From Octopus bimaculoides (taxonomy: Eukaryota), in contig NC_068985.1 in NCBI RefSeq assembly GCF_001194135.2, positions 104,989,319-105,053,318 of the forward strand: a DNA stretch of 64,000 bases, written 5' to 3'. Within the stretch, counting starts at the first letter, position 1, and the number at the start of each line of letters is the position of its first letter. The notes under the pieces were generated by a model, which was not told the origin of the DNA, did no database searches, and saw only the letters and a list, made by a program, of their open reading frames with translations. Below, piece by piece: positions 53,325 to 64,000 of the stretch. The position numbers were made by a program, and so were the translations under genes.

Positions 53325-53515
53325 TATGGTAAGAAGTTCGTTTCCAAACAACATAGTTTCGGGTTTAGTCCCATCGCGTGGCACACTGGGAACGTACCTT
53401 TTACTATAGCCTTGGGCCGACTAAAGCCTTGCGAGTAGGTTTGATAGAAATCGAAAGAAGTCTGTTTATGTTTGCAGTCTAATGACTGAAACAAGTGAAA
53501 GATAAAAGAAAAAAA
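53325..53515 (+). mobile_element. SINE family A, internally deleted
   Basis: Head and body are joined directly to the tail GCAGTCTAATGACTGAAACAAG. Confidence 0.75.
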
Positions 53516-54271
53516 CTTAATAACTATTTGTATTTCATAATATTCGGATCTTTGGGGGAAAAGATCCTAATATTCTAATCGATCTCTTTTTGCAAATAGA
53601 GAAAGGCAAGTGGGCTTTTTGTTCATCTTTCAACTGGGCATTTTCGTATTACAAGTTCGATTTAAGATCAGATCTCCACTTGCTAAAAGCTAATAAAAAC
53701 TACCACCTGAGTTATTTTATGTTTTTTTTTTAAAACTTTCCCAAAAATTGTTAGTAAAGTACGATGAAATATTCATTTCAAATTTTGGCACAAGGCAAGC
53801 AATTTTCAGAAGTCGGNNNNNNNNNNNNNNNNNNNNNNNNNNNNNNNNNNNNNNNNNNNNNNNNNNNNNNNNNNNNNNNNNNNNNNNNNNNNNNNNNNNN
53901 NNNNNNNNNNNNNNNNNNNNNNNNNNNNNNNNNNNNNNNNNNNNNNNNNNNNNNNNNNNNNNNNNNNNNNNNNNNNNNNNNNNNNNNNNNNNNNNNNNNN
54001 NNNNNNNNNNNNNNNNNNNNNNNNNNNNNNNNNNNNNNNNNNNNNNNNNNNNNNNNNNNNNNNNNNNNNNNNNNNNNNNNNNNNNNNNNNNNNNNNNNNN
54101 NNNNNNNNNNNNNNNNNNNNNNNNNNNNNNNNNNNNNNNNNNNNNNNNNNNNNNNNNNNNNNNNNNNNNNNNNNNNNNNNNNNNNNNNNNNNNNNNNNNN
54201 NNNNNNNNNNNNNNNNNNNNNNNNNNNNNNNNNNNNNNNNNNNNNNNNNNNNNNNNNNNNNNNNNNNNNNN

Positions 54272-54430
54272 GTTAAGATTGGGTTTAAGGTTAGATTTGT
54301 CTTTAAGGTTACAGTTTAGGATTAGAATATGGTTTAGAGTTAGGGTAGCGTTTAGAGTTAAGGTTGGACATAGGGTAGGGTTCAAGTTTTGGATTACGGT
54401 TAAGGGTTACGGGGTATCTTTTCGGTTAGG
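54272..54430 (+). repeat. Degenerate hexamer array related to telomeric TTAGGG
   Basis: 6-nt periodicity of TTAG/TTAA cores (GTTAAG ATTGGG TTTAAG GTTAGA ... AGTTAG GGTAGC GTTTAG); runs into a gap. Confidence 0.8.
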
Positions 54431-54986
54431 CCCACCTCTTCAGATTTGCAATATACATATAACATTTTATTGGCATACAACACAAAACCATACTAAAGAT
54501 ATAGATCCAAAACCGGGAGAAACTAAAATAGAAAAAGAGGAACAAAGAAAAAAAAAAAAAAGGAAAAGCTCATCAATTCAGTTCCAAGTGCCTCAATTAG
54601 TAGCATACCACAAGGTTCAACGAAACCTACTAAAACAAGCCAGCACGCTTGCGTTATCACAACAGGTGATGGCGAGGCTAAGGCATTGGATAAGCCAAGC
54701 GCCCTCACAGGTATTACCTGACACCTCGTTAAGAACTTCGCCGTTAGGGGCCCAATACCTGCAAACGTCGAGGATGTCATTAGTTAGAAGAAATGGTTCA
54801 CTGATACGTCCCGGTACTTAAGAATTTTTATGACTGAATATTTCAGAGTAAAAAAATTTCTATCTCTTTAAGTTCGTAACTTTGTATGCTGTGCGCGTAA
54901 GCGAAAGCAGGGTATTGTAATCACTCGTCTTTGCAAAATTACTGGGAAAGAGTTGTGATATTCGTAATTGCTATAAAAAACTGTAC

Positions 54987-55157
54987 CTGTGTAGAAGTTT
55001 TCAGTAAAATTGGAAGACGTAGTTGAAACTGAAAAGAACCCTTGTTGTTGATGTTCAGCCCCAGGTCCCATTCATGATCTTCTTGTTCATATTTCTGGTA
55101 CAAAGTATCTACGATTAAGTTACCCAAAATGTCTTTCTCTTTTTTAAATACGATAGG
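54987..55157 (-). CDS. Candidate orphan exon (PIVFKKEKDILGNLIVDTLYQKYEQEDHEWDLGLNINNKGSFQFQLRLPILLKTSTQ)
   Basis: Acceptor TTTCCTTCATATCTCAG and donor CAG|GTACAG both fall on codon boundaries of the 109-aa ORF 54939-55268; no family recognised. Confidence 0.33.
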
Positions 55158-56057
55158 CTGAGATATGAAGGAAATTTGGCTGTTATTTCTAACAGGTCGC
55201 ACACCTATAGCTCTTACGTCAATTTGGAAAATCATTAATACAATGAAGTTAGTCGGATTAGCGCTCACAGTAGCACGTTAAAATGCATGTCTACCTCATT
55301 ACAGTATTAAATTCCATTGAAGTCTTTTTTCCAGAATCAATAAAAATACTGATGTGCTTTATGATAAGGTATGGGTAAAACTGTCGAATCTGTACAAAAG
55401 ATCTCCAAAGATTCTAAAATATGATGCTTTGTTATAAAATTTACTATAAAAAGCAGTTTAATTAGTCTTAGTAATCACTGACTCCTTAATTGATTAATAA
55501 AGTATTTTTTACAAAAGCACTACACGCGTGGAATCACCGAGTATCTACAAAAATTCTGAAGTATACTATTTTATGTTCATGAAATATACTATAAAACGCA
55601 ATTAACTCAGTTTAATTAATCTTACGAGTCACTCCTGTAAAATGATTTATTTTTATATTGGGTGAATGTAGTAGGTACGTCGTTTCTCTATGTGTTCTTG
55701 TTCGTTTTGTACTGGAGGTTAGTATTTACATACATATTTGACAACGTTATATATATACATATCATCAGACATGAGGCAAGTAATATGTTACGACGTTAAT
55801 GACATTTACATGGCTATAAGTAACATGAATATGAATCAGAAAGCAGCCTGGGATCGGTCAACAACAGTATGAACCAAATTTTCGGAATAATGAAATTTGG
55901 CACGCTGATTAAATTCTTTTTCGGAACATTACCATTCCTTTTGTTAAACACTAAAATTTTTTAATCTTTTTTCTTCCTTCGTTCAAGATTGTACATCGAA
56001 GAGATTAAATAGTTTTACTAAGTTTGTTTACTTAAAAAGTTAATCAATACAGTGACA

Positions 56058-56120
56058 ACCGGAAGTAAAACGCAAAAATATCCAAGACGACGTTTTTTAA
56101 AAACATTTTCAACCAATCAC
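56058..56120 (+). promoter_or_regulatory. Promoter motifs: ETS/GABP site ACCGGAAGT (56058-56066) and NF-Y box AACCAATCAC (56111-56120)
   Basis: Consensus matches in CpG-retaining DNA just upstream of the CCDC15-like ATG. Confidence 0.6.
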
Positions 56121-56271
56121 AAGCCGAGATGTCATGTTTGATTCCATTTAACTTAATAGGGTTTGTTGTAGCAACAATTGGAAACAATCTTTTTTTTAAA
56201 ACAACGACAATAGTCACAATAGTAAGAAATAATAGGTTTCCAAAACTTTATCTTCCCATCGAAGTAGAGGA

Positions 56272-56370
56272 ATGAAGAATGTGATGAATTATGATTTTCC
56301 TGGGAGGCTTACTCCTGCGTCGATTTGTACTCGGGCAGTCAGATTCACCCCTGAAAAAAAGTCTGCTTGG
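56272..56370 (+). CDS. Probable first coding exon of the plus-strand coiled-coil (CCDC15-like) gene (MKNVMNYDFPGRLTPASICTRAVRFTPEKKSAW)
   Basis: ATG about 150-200 nt downstream of ETS/CCAAT motifs; donor TGG|GTGAGT in phase 0, compatible with exon 60553; SAW loosely recalls the GAWVE motif of CCDC15. Confidence 0.55.
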
Positions 56371-56849
56371 GTGAGTGTAAAAGTTCAGAGAATTTCTTTT
56401 AAATCAAGTGTTTTGTTTTCATACAAAGTGTATCTTTGACTGCACCCCTCCCAAACAAACAAAAACTCCCAACAAAAAACAACAACAAAAGCCAGGATCA
56501 CTAAGAGTAAGCTCGATCAAGGTTAACCTGGAATTAAACAACTATAATCATATCTCTCGCTGACTAAAGCCTTAAAGGCCCAGTTGTTTTGTGTGTTGGT
56601 TGTTCAAGATACTTGTCGCCCACTTCTCACTGAACTTAGAAAGAAGGCATGGCTACCTTTTTCGAGAAGCGGGACGCACGATACATGGCTCATCATTAGG
56701 CAAGCCGCACAATTAAAAACATTCAAGGTAATTTTTCGTTAGACATGCCATTCAGAAAGTCTCACGGGTTGCCCATGACAGCTTTAAAGCGATAATAAAC
56801 TATCAAATAAATATTTAAAATATATAGTTCTCGTTTAGAGCAATAGGCG

Positions 56850-57110
56850 TGTATTGGAGTCGATCTAATTGACTGGCCCCCTCCCCCAAAATTTCTGGCC
56901 TTGTGCTTAGAGTAGAAAAGAATATTCAAAGATGGTGAGCTGGCAGAATCGTTAGCACACCCAACAATTCATTCACCTTTACATTTTGAGTTCAAATTCT
57001 GCCGAGGTTGACTTTTTGCCTATCATCCTTTCGGGGTTGATTAGTAAGTACCAGTTGGACACTGGGGTCAATCTAATCGACTTAGCCCCTTTCCCAAAAT
57101 TGAAATCAAT
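56850..57110 (+). mobile_element. SINE family D: 3' fragment followed head-to-tail by a full copy
   Basis: Tail GTCGATCTAATTGACTGGCCCC precedes head GGTGAGCTGGCAGAATCGTTAGC. Confidence 0.8.
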
Positions 57111-57842
57111 AGTCAAGAAACCATCTGAATCAGTGGTTTTCAACTGTCCATATGGCCTTTGGATGTCATATAAGATTTTGTTATAAATTGTTTATACTTT
57201 TACAATACATAAAATATTTTCACAAATTTTTTTTTATACAATTCTTAATAATATTTAATTATAAAAATATAATAGGATTTTTTACACATCAGATGGTTTA
57301 GAAACACTGACTGAATTTATTTCGTAGATGCTCTGACTAATAATTACTCCCATAAATCAGGCACGACTAAAGGTCTAGGTATCTGGCAGTTTGCCTCTAA
57401 CACCAGGAATTTTATCAGGGACAGGGCCCAATTTTTTGTGGGGCTGGGTGGTGGTGGTAACACCCCTTCCTTTCACTATATAAAAACATTTTCTGAGATT
57501 TGGGTATGATGTCCCCCTTGCATTCCTTACTCAAAGGCTCTGCACATGCAATTTTTTCTGATAGAGGAACTTTGACAGACTAATCAATTGATTATTTATC
57601 TAACTGACTGGTAATAAAGCTGAAGTGAAATATAATCAGTGTGTGTGTGGTTTTATTGGCAATATGACCCACCTAAAATACAACAATACGAGTTTCAACA
57701 TATACTTTCCCATCAAAACAAATACGAAAATGAAACTTCCTACACAACCATCCACATCATATAGGTAAATAAACAGGAGTAGTTTCCTGTTCTTTTCTCT
57801 AGATAGGCATAGATTCTAAGAATTTTTAATATAGTGAGCGCC

Positions 57843-58160
57843 TAAGGTGGCAAACTGGCAGAATTATTATCGCATCAGAAAAAATGTTGAGCAGTATTTC
57901 TTCTGACCTTATTGTCTGAGTTCAAATGCTGTCGGGGTCAACATTGCTTTTCATCCTTTCAAGGTTGATAAAATAAGTACCAGTTGAATACTGGGGTTGA
58001 GGTAACCAATTTACCTCTTCCCCAAAACTGGTCAACTTTACCTTTCGTCCTTTCAGGGCTGATAAAATAAGTACCAGTTGATCTCTGGGATCAATATAAT
58101 TGACTTCCAATTCCCTAAAAAGTTCCTTTGCCTTGTCCCAAAATTAGAAATAATTATTCA
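57843..58160 (+). mobile_element. SINE family D with internal duplication of the body
   Basis: ...CCTTTCA.GG.TGATAAAATAAGTACCAGTTGA occurs twice. Confidence 0.75.
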
Positions 58161-58740
58161 GTCTAATTGTCTCAATTTAATTCTTGCACCAACCTTATTT
58201 TCCTGCTTAGAATATACCTCCATCGTCTACACTCGAGTTACTAATAACCAAAAACAACTTGATGTCTTTCCTGTTTTCTGGCTGTCTTTCAGAAAGAAGC
58301 AATCTCTTCAACTTATATTAGTTATGTTCTGAAATAGTTTTTCGCCCTTTCACTATGACAAAAGGAACCTTGTCTCTCTAGTGTAAATATTAGTGAAATT
58401 TATCTAATACTATGATAGATTTTTTAGAGTGTACATTTTTCTTGATTTGTCCTTCGAAGAAGTCACATGTCTCCTAAGTGTGTATTTGGGATAAGCTAGA
58501 AGACGAAGTGAGCGCTTAAATGGTCTCCGTTTCTTAATGCAAGGGAGATAAATATGAAATGACTGCGTTAGGAACCGGTTGTGGAATAAGACTTCATAAG
58601 CGAAAAAACATGTATAGATATTATGATTATCGTTGTTATATGATACTATGATAAACCGATGGCTAGATGAAAGAGCACTCACACACACGATAATACACAA
58701 ATATAAGGAAGTCCTCACTAAAAAAGGAAGTTAATGCATT

Positions 58741-58980
58741 CTTTTCTTTTATTCTTTTACTTGTTTCAGTCATTTGACTGCGGCCATGCTGGAGCACCGC
58801 CTTTAGTCGAGCAAATCGACCCCAGGACTTATACTTTGGAAGCCTAGTACTTATTCTATCGGTCTCTTTTGCCGAACCGCTACGTTACGGGGACGTAAAC
58901 ACACCAGCATCGGTTGTCAAGCGATGTTGGGTGGGGGCAAACACAGACACACAAACATATACACACACACAGGGGCAGAG
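58741..58980 (-). mobile_element. SINE family A, 3' half (young, CpGs intact)
   Basis: TTGTTTCAGTCATTTGACTGCGGCCATGCTGGAGCACCGCC...(CA)n. Confidence 0.85.
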
Positions 58981-59764
58981 GAAGAGAGAGATATGTACAT
59001 CGACAGAGATGGAGGTCAGGGGTTCTTAGGGTTGGTTATAGTGAATTGGGACAAAAGGTGAGAGGGGAGCGACAGGCTGATATAAAAGTGCATTAAAGTT
59101 GAGAAATGGCAAAGCAAAGATGTACTTTAGAGGGCAGGGAAAGATAACTGGAAATATGGAAAGAGAAAATTGGGGTAAAATAAAGTGGAAAAGATGATAT
59201 TGAAAATTACACACACACACAAACTTTTTTCTTTGAAAACTTCGTTGCATGAAATTGATACCATGAAATTCCTAAAATTGAGCTCTGTCATTTAAGCTTA
59301 ATTAAAATATAGTTTGTTTTTAAAATAAAAACGTTAATCATACTTATATCCAATTTTTTGCCTTACTTATATTTTTTCATGATATTTTACCTCACAACTT
59401 TTTTGATACAAATTTTTGTTGCACAGGACCAAAACTGTGAAATTCTTCAGGCTTTCTTCTATCATTGAAGCTAAGATATATATATTTTTCTTTTAAAATA
59501 AAAAAGTTATTTAGATCTAAACTTGATTGGAGGCGTTACTTACTCTCCAATAACGTTGCTACAAATTTTGATGTAAACTTTTTTCTACTGGACCAAATGT
59601 CAATTTTTTAATGCCAAAATGTAGCTAAAGACCAGTCCTCTTCAAAACTGTTAACAATTTTCAATTTGGTTATGAACTGAATTAGCGACAAAGTCTGAAA
59701 GATGCTGCATGCGAGTAAATTGTGGCCTTAAGAATATTATTCAGCTACTACTGTAGTTGAATAA

Positions 59765-59912
59765 CATACATACATTATACATACATACATACATATATAT
59801 ATACATATATATACATATATACATATATATGTATATATATATACATGCATGCATATATACATATATACGTACAGACACACACACACATATATATGCATAC
59901 ATACATACATAC

Positions 59913-59963
<51 letters not shown>

Positions 59964-60014
59964 CATATGTACATATATACATACATACATACATACATAC
60001 ATGCACACACACAC
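59765..60014. repeat. Compound (TACA)n/(TA)n/(CA)n microsatellite
   Basis: Seen directly; abuts the 60015-60543 gap. Confidence 0.97.
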
Positions 60015-60552
60015 NNNNNNNNNNNNNNNNNNNNNNNNNNNNNNNNNNNNNNNNNNNNNNNNNNNNNNNNNNNNNNNNNNNNNNNNNNNNNNNNNNNNNN
60101 NNNNNNNNNNNNNNNNNNNNNNNNNNNNNNNNNNNNNNNNNNNNNNNNNNNNNNNNNNNNNNNNNNNNNNNNNNNNNNNNNNNNNNNNNNNNNNNNNNNN
60201 NNNNNNNNNNNNNNNNNNNNNNNNNNNNNNNNNNNNNNNNNNNNNNNNNNNNNNNNNNNNNNNNNNNNNNNNNNNNNNNNNNNNNNNNNNNNNNNNNNNN
60301 NNNNNNNNNNNNNNNNNNNNNNNNNNNNNNNNNNNNNNNNNNNNNNNNNNNNNNNNNNNNNNNNNNNNNNNNNNNNNNNNNNNNNNNNNNNNNNNNNNNN
60401 NNNNNNNNNNNNNNNNNNNNNNNNNNNNNNNNNNNNNNNNNNNNNNNNNNNNNNNNNNNNNNNNNNNNNNNNNNNNNNNNNNNNNNNNNNNNNNNNNNNN
60501 NNNNNNNNNNNNNNNNNNNNNNNNNNNNNNNNNNNNNNNNNNNTATATATAG

Positions 60553-60702
60553 CTGTTGGCTGTTGAAGAAGAAGAGAAAAATGTAAAACAGCAACAAGAG
60601 AAAGAAGTCCGCCTACAGAAGTTCCAAAATCGTGTCAGAAAACGGGTTGCAGCCATCCAACAAAAGAAAAAGCAGAAAGAATTGGAACTGCGCATGAAAG
60701 AG
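60553..60702 (+). CDS. CCDC15: Coiled-coil exon, CCDC15-like (LLAVEEEEKNVKQQQEKEVRLQKFQNRVRKRVAAIQQKKKQKELELRMKE)
   Basis: TAG acceptor, GAG|GTGAGT donor, 150 nt, phase 0/0. The pattern EEE..L..FQ..V..RV.....KK..L resembles, from memory, human CCDC15 EEELKEQLRKKQEALKHFQKQVKYRV. The exon is solid; the gene name is tentative. Confidence 0.6.
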
Positions 60703-61069
60703 GTGAGTAAATTAAGGATTTCATTAAAGGAAGTCTTATTGTAATGTTATGTTGCTGGAGCTGGCAGTCAAAGCTATATGTGTGGGAATGAAATTTGCTT
60801 GGTGGGTGCAAACCCAGGTCCAACCCAAGACTTTTAAAGTGTTTACATTGCCCCATAAGAATTGTAGATGGTGCACTTGCACTCCCTGTACCCCTTGTTC
60901 CTGAGCCTATGGTCAAAATTGGGTCTCACACTCGTGTATAGTGATTGTGGCCATAGAGGAGCACTGCCAGCAAAAGTTTTAGTCAATCATGTCAATATCC
61001 GTATATATTAAAGTTTGGTTCTTATTTTATCAATTCTTATTTACTAGTTACCTTGGTTATTGAGTGGAC

Positions 61070-61185
61070 TGGAGCAGCGTGAAATAAAGTGTCTTGCTCA
61101 AGGACAACGCGTTGCTGGGAATCGAACTCACTACCTTACGATCATGAGATGAATGCCCTACCACTAAGCCATGCGCCTTCACACA
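61070..61185 (-). mobile_element. tRNA-derived SINE head with CORE/V-like GTCCTTGAGCAAGACAC domain
   Basis: Reverse strand reads GTGAAGGCGCATGGCTTAGTGGTAGGG...GAGTTCGATTCCC...GTCCTTGAGCAAGACAC. Confidence 0.7.
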
Positions 61186-61718
61186 AACATACATACATAC
61201 ATGTTTCTTTCATTTTTTTTTTTTTGTCTACCAAATCCACTCACAGTCTAGGGCTGTAGTAAAAGACACATGCCTAAAGTGCCACGTTGCAGGAGTGATC
61301 CTGAGACCACATGGTTGGGAAGCATCTTGTCAACCACATATCCATGCCTGCACTTAAGGTATACTGAAAATGCTTATCAATTTTAGCAGTCTTGCTGCTC
61401 TCAGCAGTGAATTGCCTCATCCTGTAGTATTTGTTTATTGCTAAGTGGAACATATGACTGAGACCAAAAGTACAGTTGACCATCTCACAAGAGGGTATGG
61501 TTTGGTTACATGTACCAAACTTTTGCTAATTGTTTTAAAGGCCTACAGACATAAATACCCTGTTAGCTAGTGTCAGGATGCCATCTGCCTACCTTACAGC
61601 TGATGATTCATTTCCCTCGTGGTTGTCTAGCTACAGCTCTGTATGAATTTTATGTAAACTAAATTTCAATTTTTTGGAAAATATCATATGTAAAATATAA
61701 AACATTGATTAATTTCAG

Positions 61719-61967
61719 CTTGATGTAGCCCAAGATGTCTTGAGGAACTGCATGAATACTGAATTGCAATCATCCCAGCAAAATACCAACAAACATTCCC
61801 AGACTGAACAATTCACAGCAGATTCTGATAATGTTGATGCTACATTAAACAAACCTAACAGTCATCGTAAATCAAATCACACAACTATAAATAATTTAAC
61901 AACTGGTACTGCCAAAGTAAATCCAAGAAAAACTGACGTATCTGTTAGCTCTGATGAGACAGAAGAA
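61719..61967 (+). CDS. Next exon of the CCDC15-like gene; S/T/N/Q-rich, probably disordered (LDVAQDVLRNC...SSDETEE)
   Basis: Acceptor ATTTCAG, donor GAA|GTAAGT, 249 nt, phase 0/0, no stop codons. Confidence 0.8.
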
Positions 61968-62244
61968 GTAAGTTTATTACTGTTGTTCACTTTATGCAGG
62001 GATTGTCTTTGTCTCTTAGTGTTTTAGGGTCATATTTTAGGGTCACTAAAATAAACCAGTTAAGCACCAGGATGAAGTTAATCTGTGGTCTTGTGCCAGT
62101 CTAAGAAAGTATTATTTAAAGGTGTACACAAATGTGTCACATTTAGAATTAGATTTCTTGATACTGGGTCACAACTAGTTTCTTTAGATATCAAGAACCT
62201 TTCACACAATCCTGGCTGTTCTTAATTATTTTTACTATCATTAA

Positions 62245-62425
62245 TAAGGTGGCAAGCTGGCAGAATCATTAGCATGCCAGGCAAAATGCCACTAGGCTTT
62301 TTGCCTGTCCTTATGTTCCGAGTTCAAATTCTGCCAAGATCAACTTTGCCTTTCATCCTTTTGGGGTTGATAAAATAAGTACCAGTTGAGTACTGGGGTC
62401 GATGTAATCGACTAGGCCCCTTCCC
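62245..62425 (+). mobile_element. SINE family D
   Basis: Full head and body; CpGs decayed. Confidence 0.8.
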
Positions 62426-62638
62426 CTATATGTTTTAGAGTAAAGTAATAGGTGAGTTCAGAGTGGCTCCCGGAGATTCGCCAACACTACACCTGATTTT
62501 CTCCCCTCCATACACACGCAAGCATGTATCTGACTCATACACTGTTCACTTTCCAGACATTTGTACAATACTGCAGATGCTTTATGCACACTTCTGACAA
62601 GTTGTAGTGCACCTGAGCACTGTATACAATAATTTCAC

Positions 62639-62673
<35 letters not shown>

Positions 62674-63149
62674 AACAACGAGAGAACTTTGTGCAGGCTG
62701 GAATCAACTGCATTTAATATTTAAATTTCAGAATTGAACTTTAGACGTCAGAAGAAGGAATGAAGAAAAAAAAACAAAATACTGAAATTTATTAAAAAAT
62801 ATTTTATTTTCTAGGCATCTGGAAAATTTTCTTTTCCATTAGATTATAAGGAAATGGTAAAGGACTTTAATAACGGCATAGGTATGTGTTTTCTTTTGTC
62901 ACAGCTTAGAAAAGTTGTATGTTCTCTAAATTTATTTACATTTTCAGTTGTTTTTTTTTTAATCTATTTCATTGTTGAAGAAGTGACTTTTGAAGGAATT
63001 GTAAAAGGTTGATAGTTGCAATAGAGACATTAGTCTCTCCCTATAACCTTTCAACAAAATTATATATTAAGAAAACAGTAGGACAATTAACAACATAATA
63101 AAAATAAGTTTTATTTTGGTGATGCTTGGCTTTACAAATCCTGTGTTAT

Positions 63150-63410
63150 TCAGCCTGGCAGCTGCTGGTTAGCTTGTGATCAGCATTGGAAGGTTAAAGG
63201 CTTCGTCGAGGCATCTGAGAGGAGCAAGTTGTTGTTACATCGAAGGCATTGCGTTAAAGAGAGCTAGAAAGCGCGCAAAGCACTTTAAGTACTGGTTTTA
63301 CTACGCATGCGCACTCGAGGGGCTTCCGGGAAGGCAAGTCCCTTGCGCATACGTAGATTGTACTTCCTTAATGGCGGCCATAATTTCACGCCATTAAAGA
63401 ATAAAATATT
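63150..63410. other. Intronic CpG-rich structured island (NRF1-like, ETS and YY1-like motifs; three hairpins)
   Basis: Many CpGs in otherwise CpG-poor intron; hairpins at 63165-63185, 63287-63365 and 63368-63397. Confidence 0.6.
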
Positions 63411-63771
63411 GATGTTGTAATTAGCTGCTACCATTTTCACTACTACCAAATTCCTCTCCATCCTCATCATCATCACCACCACCACAATCACATTCTTCTT
63501 TTTCTTCTTTGTTCTTTTTCTGGGGACTGAGAATACTACATGTTTTCATGATGTAAGAGGAAGAGGGGCAGTCAGCTACCAAAGGAACTTATGATAGGTT
63601 GGTGGCTGGGCCTAGTTTGTCAAGAACCATGGAGGAGATGGTTGAGCTGGCAGCAGCCAACAAATAATGTATCCATTGTTATTGTGAAAGAGTAAAGTAG
63701 CCATTAGAATTCAAAATTAAACATAAATGAAGTGGGGAGGGAAGAAATATGTATACTTTTTCAGCCTCATT

Positions 63772-64000
63772 TATCATCATCATCATCATCATCATTGTCG
63801 TTTAACGTCTGCTTTCTATGCTAGCATAGGTTGGACGATTTGACTGAGGACTGGTGAACCGGATGGCTACACCAGGCTCCAATCTGATCTGGCAGAGTTT
63901 CTACAGCTGGATACCCTTCCTAATGCCAACCACTCCGAGAGTGTAGTAGGTGTTTTTACATGCCACCGGCACGAGAGCCAGTCATGCGGTACTGGCATGA
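63772..64000 (-). mobile_element. RTE-related non-autonomous retroposon (family C) with (GAT)n tail
   Basis: (CAT)n-CGTTTAACGTC.GCTTTC.ATGCTAGCAT... Other copies at about 9660-9875, 13350-13430, 22745-22850, 24204-24240, 26290-26375, 35610-35765, 41690-41790 and 44390-44525. Confidence 0.8.

Noticed and set aside
54523-54821. CpG-containing overlapping ORFs on both strands
   Set aside because: No phase-compatible splice sites to the 54987 exon candidate and no recognisable motif.
63190-63260. Short resemblances to U11 (AAAGGCTTC), U6atac (AAGGCATTGC) and RNase P CR-I (GGAAGGT)
   Set aside because: No Sm site, wrong motif order, no AAGGAGA box and no CR-V partner.
63173-63397. ORF 63176-63397 as an alternative terminal exon (phase 0 after TAG at 63170-63172, AATAAA after the stop); also a SECIS-like GTGA..AA..GA spacing
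   Set aside because: Poor acceptor, no recognisable protein similarity, and CpG richness unlike the other exons; the SECIS helix does not pair. Not fully excluded.

Overview
This is an AT-rich animal genomic scaffold with seven N-gaps. It is most likely a coleoid cephalopod (Octopus-like), inferred from the SINE, RTE and Tc1-mariner repeat families; this cannot be proven without a search. The main feature is a nearly complete minus-strand gene for the PP2A scaffold (A) subunit, a PPP2R1A orthologue: ATG at 47730, stop at 18743, 15 visible coding exons with canonical GT-AG sites in consistent phase, and about 590 aa predicted. Roughly 157 nt of its coding sequence is missing and must lie in or at the 24446-24843 gap. 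A plus-strand coiled-coil gene (CCDC15-like; exons at 56272, 60553 and 61719) starts at an ETS/CCAAT promoter near 56.1 kb, and no end to it was identified within the window. A small minus-strand membrane-protein gene starts near 3.7 kb. The rest is intronic or intergenic DNA with many TE relics: RTE, CR1/L2-like, CRE, Penelope, mariner, maT-like, hAT, a miniature tRNA-Trp-primed LTR element and three SINE-like families. No tRNA, rRNA or CRISPR features were found. The items most worth checking are: a CpG-rich multi-hairpin island inside the CCDC15-like intron (63.15-63.41 kb); a stop-free 90-nt in-frame intron placed just before the B-subunit-binding Trp of PP2A-A; an apparent +1 frameshift in the 3.7-kb gene; the TRIM-like LTR element; a 3'UTR intron in PPP2R1A; and four codons where A-to-I editing would restore the human residue. 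TE and SINE boundaries are approximate; exon boundaries were read to the base.
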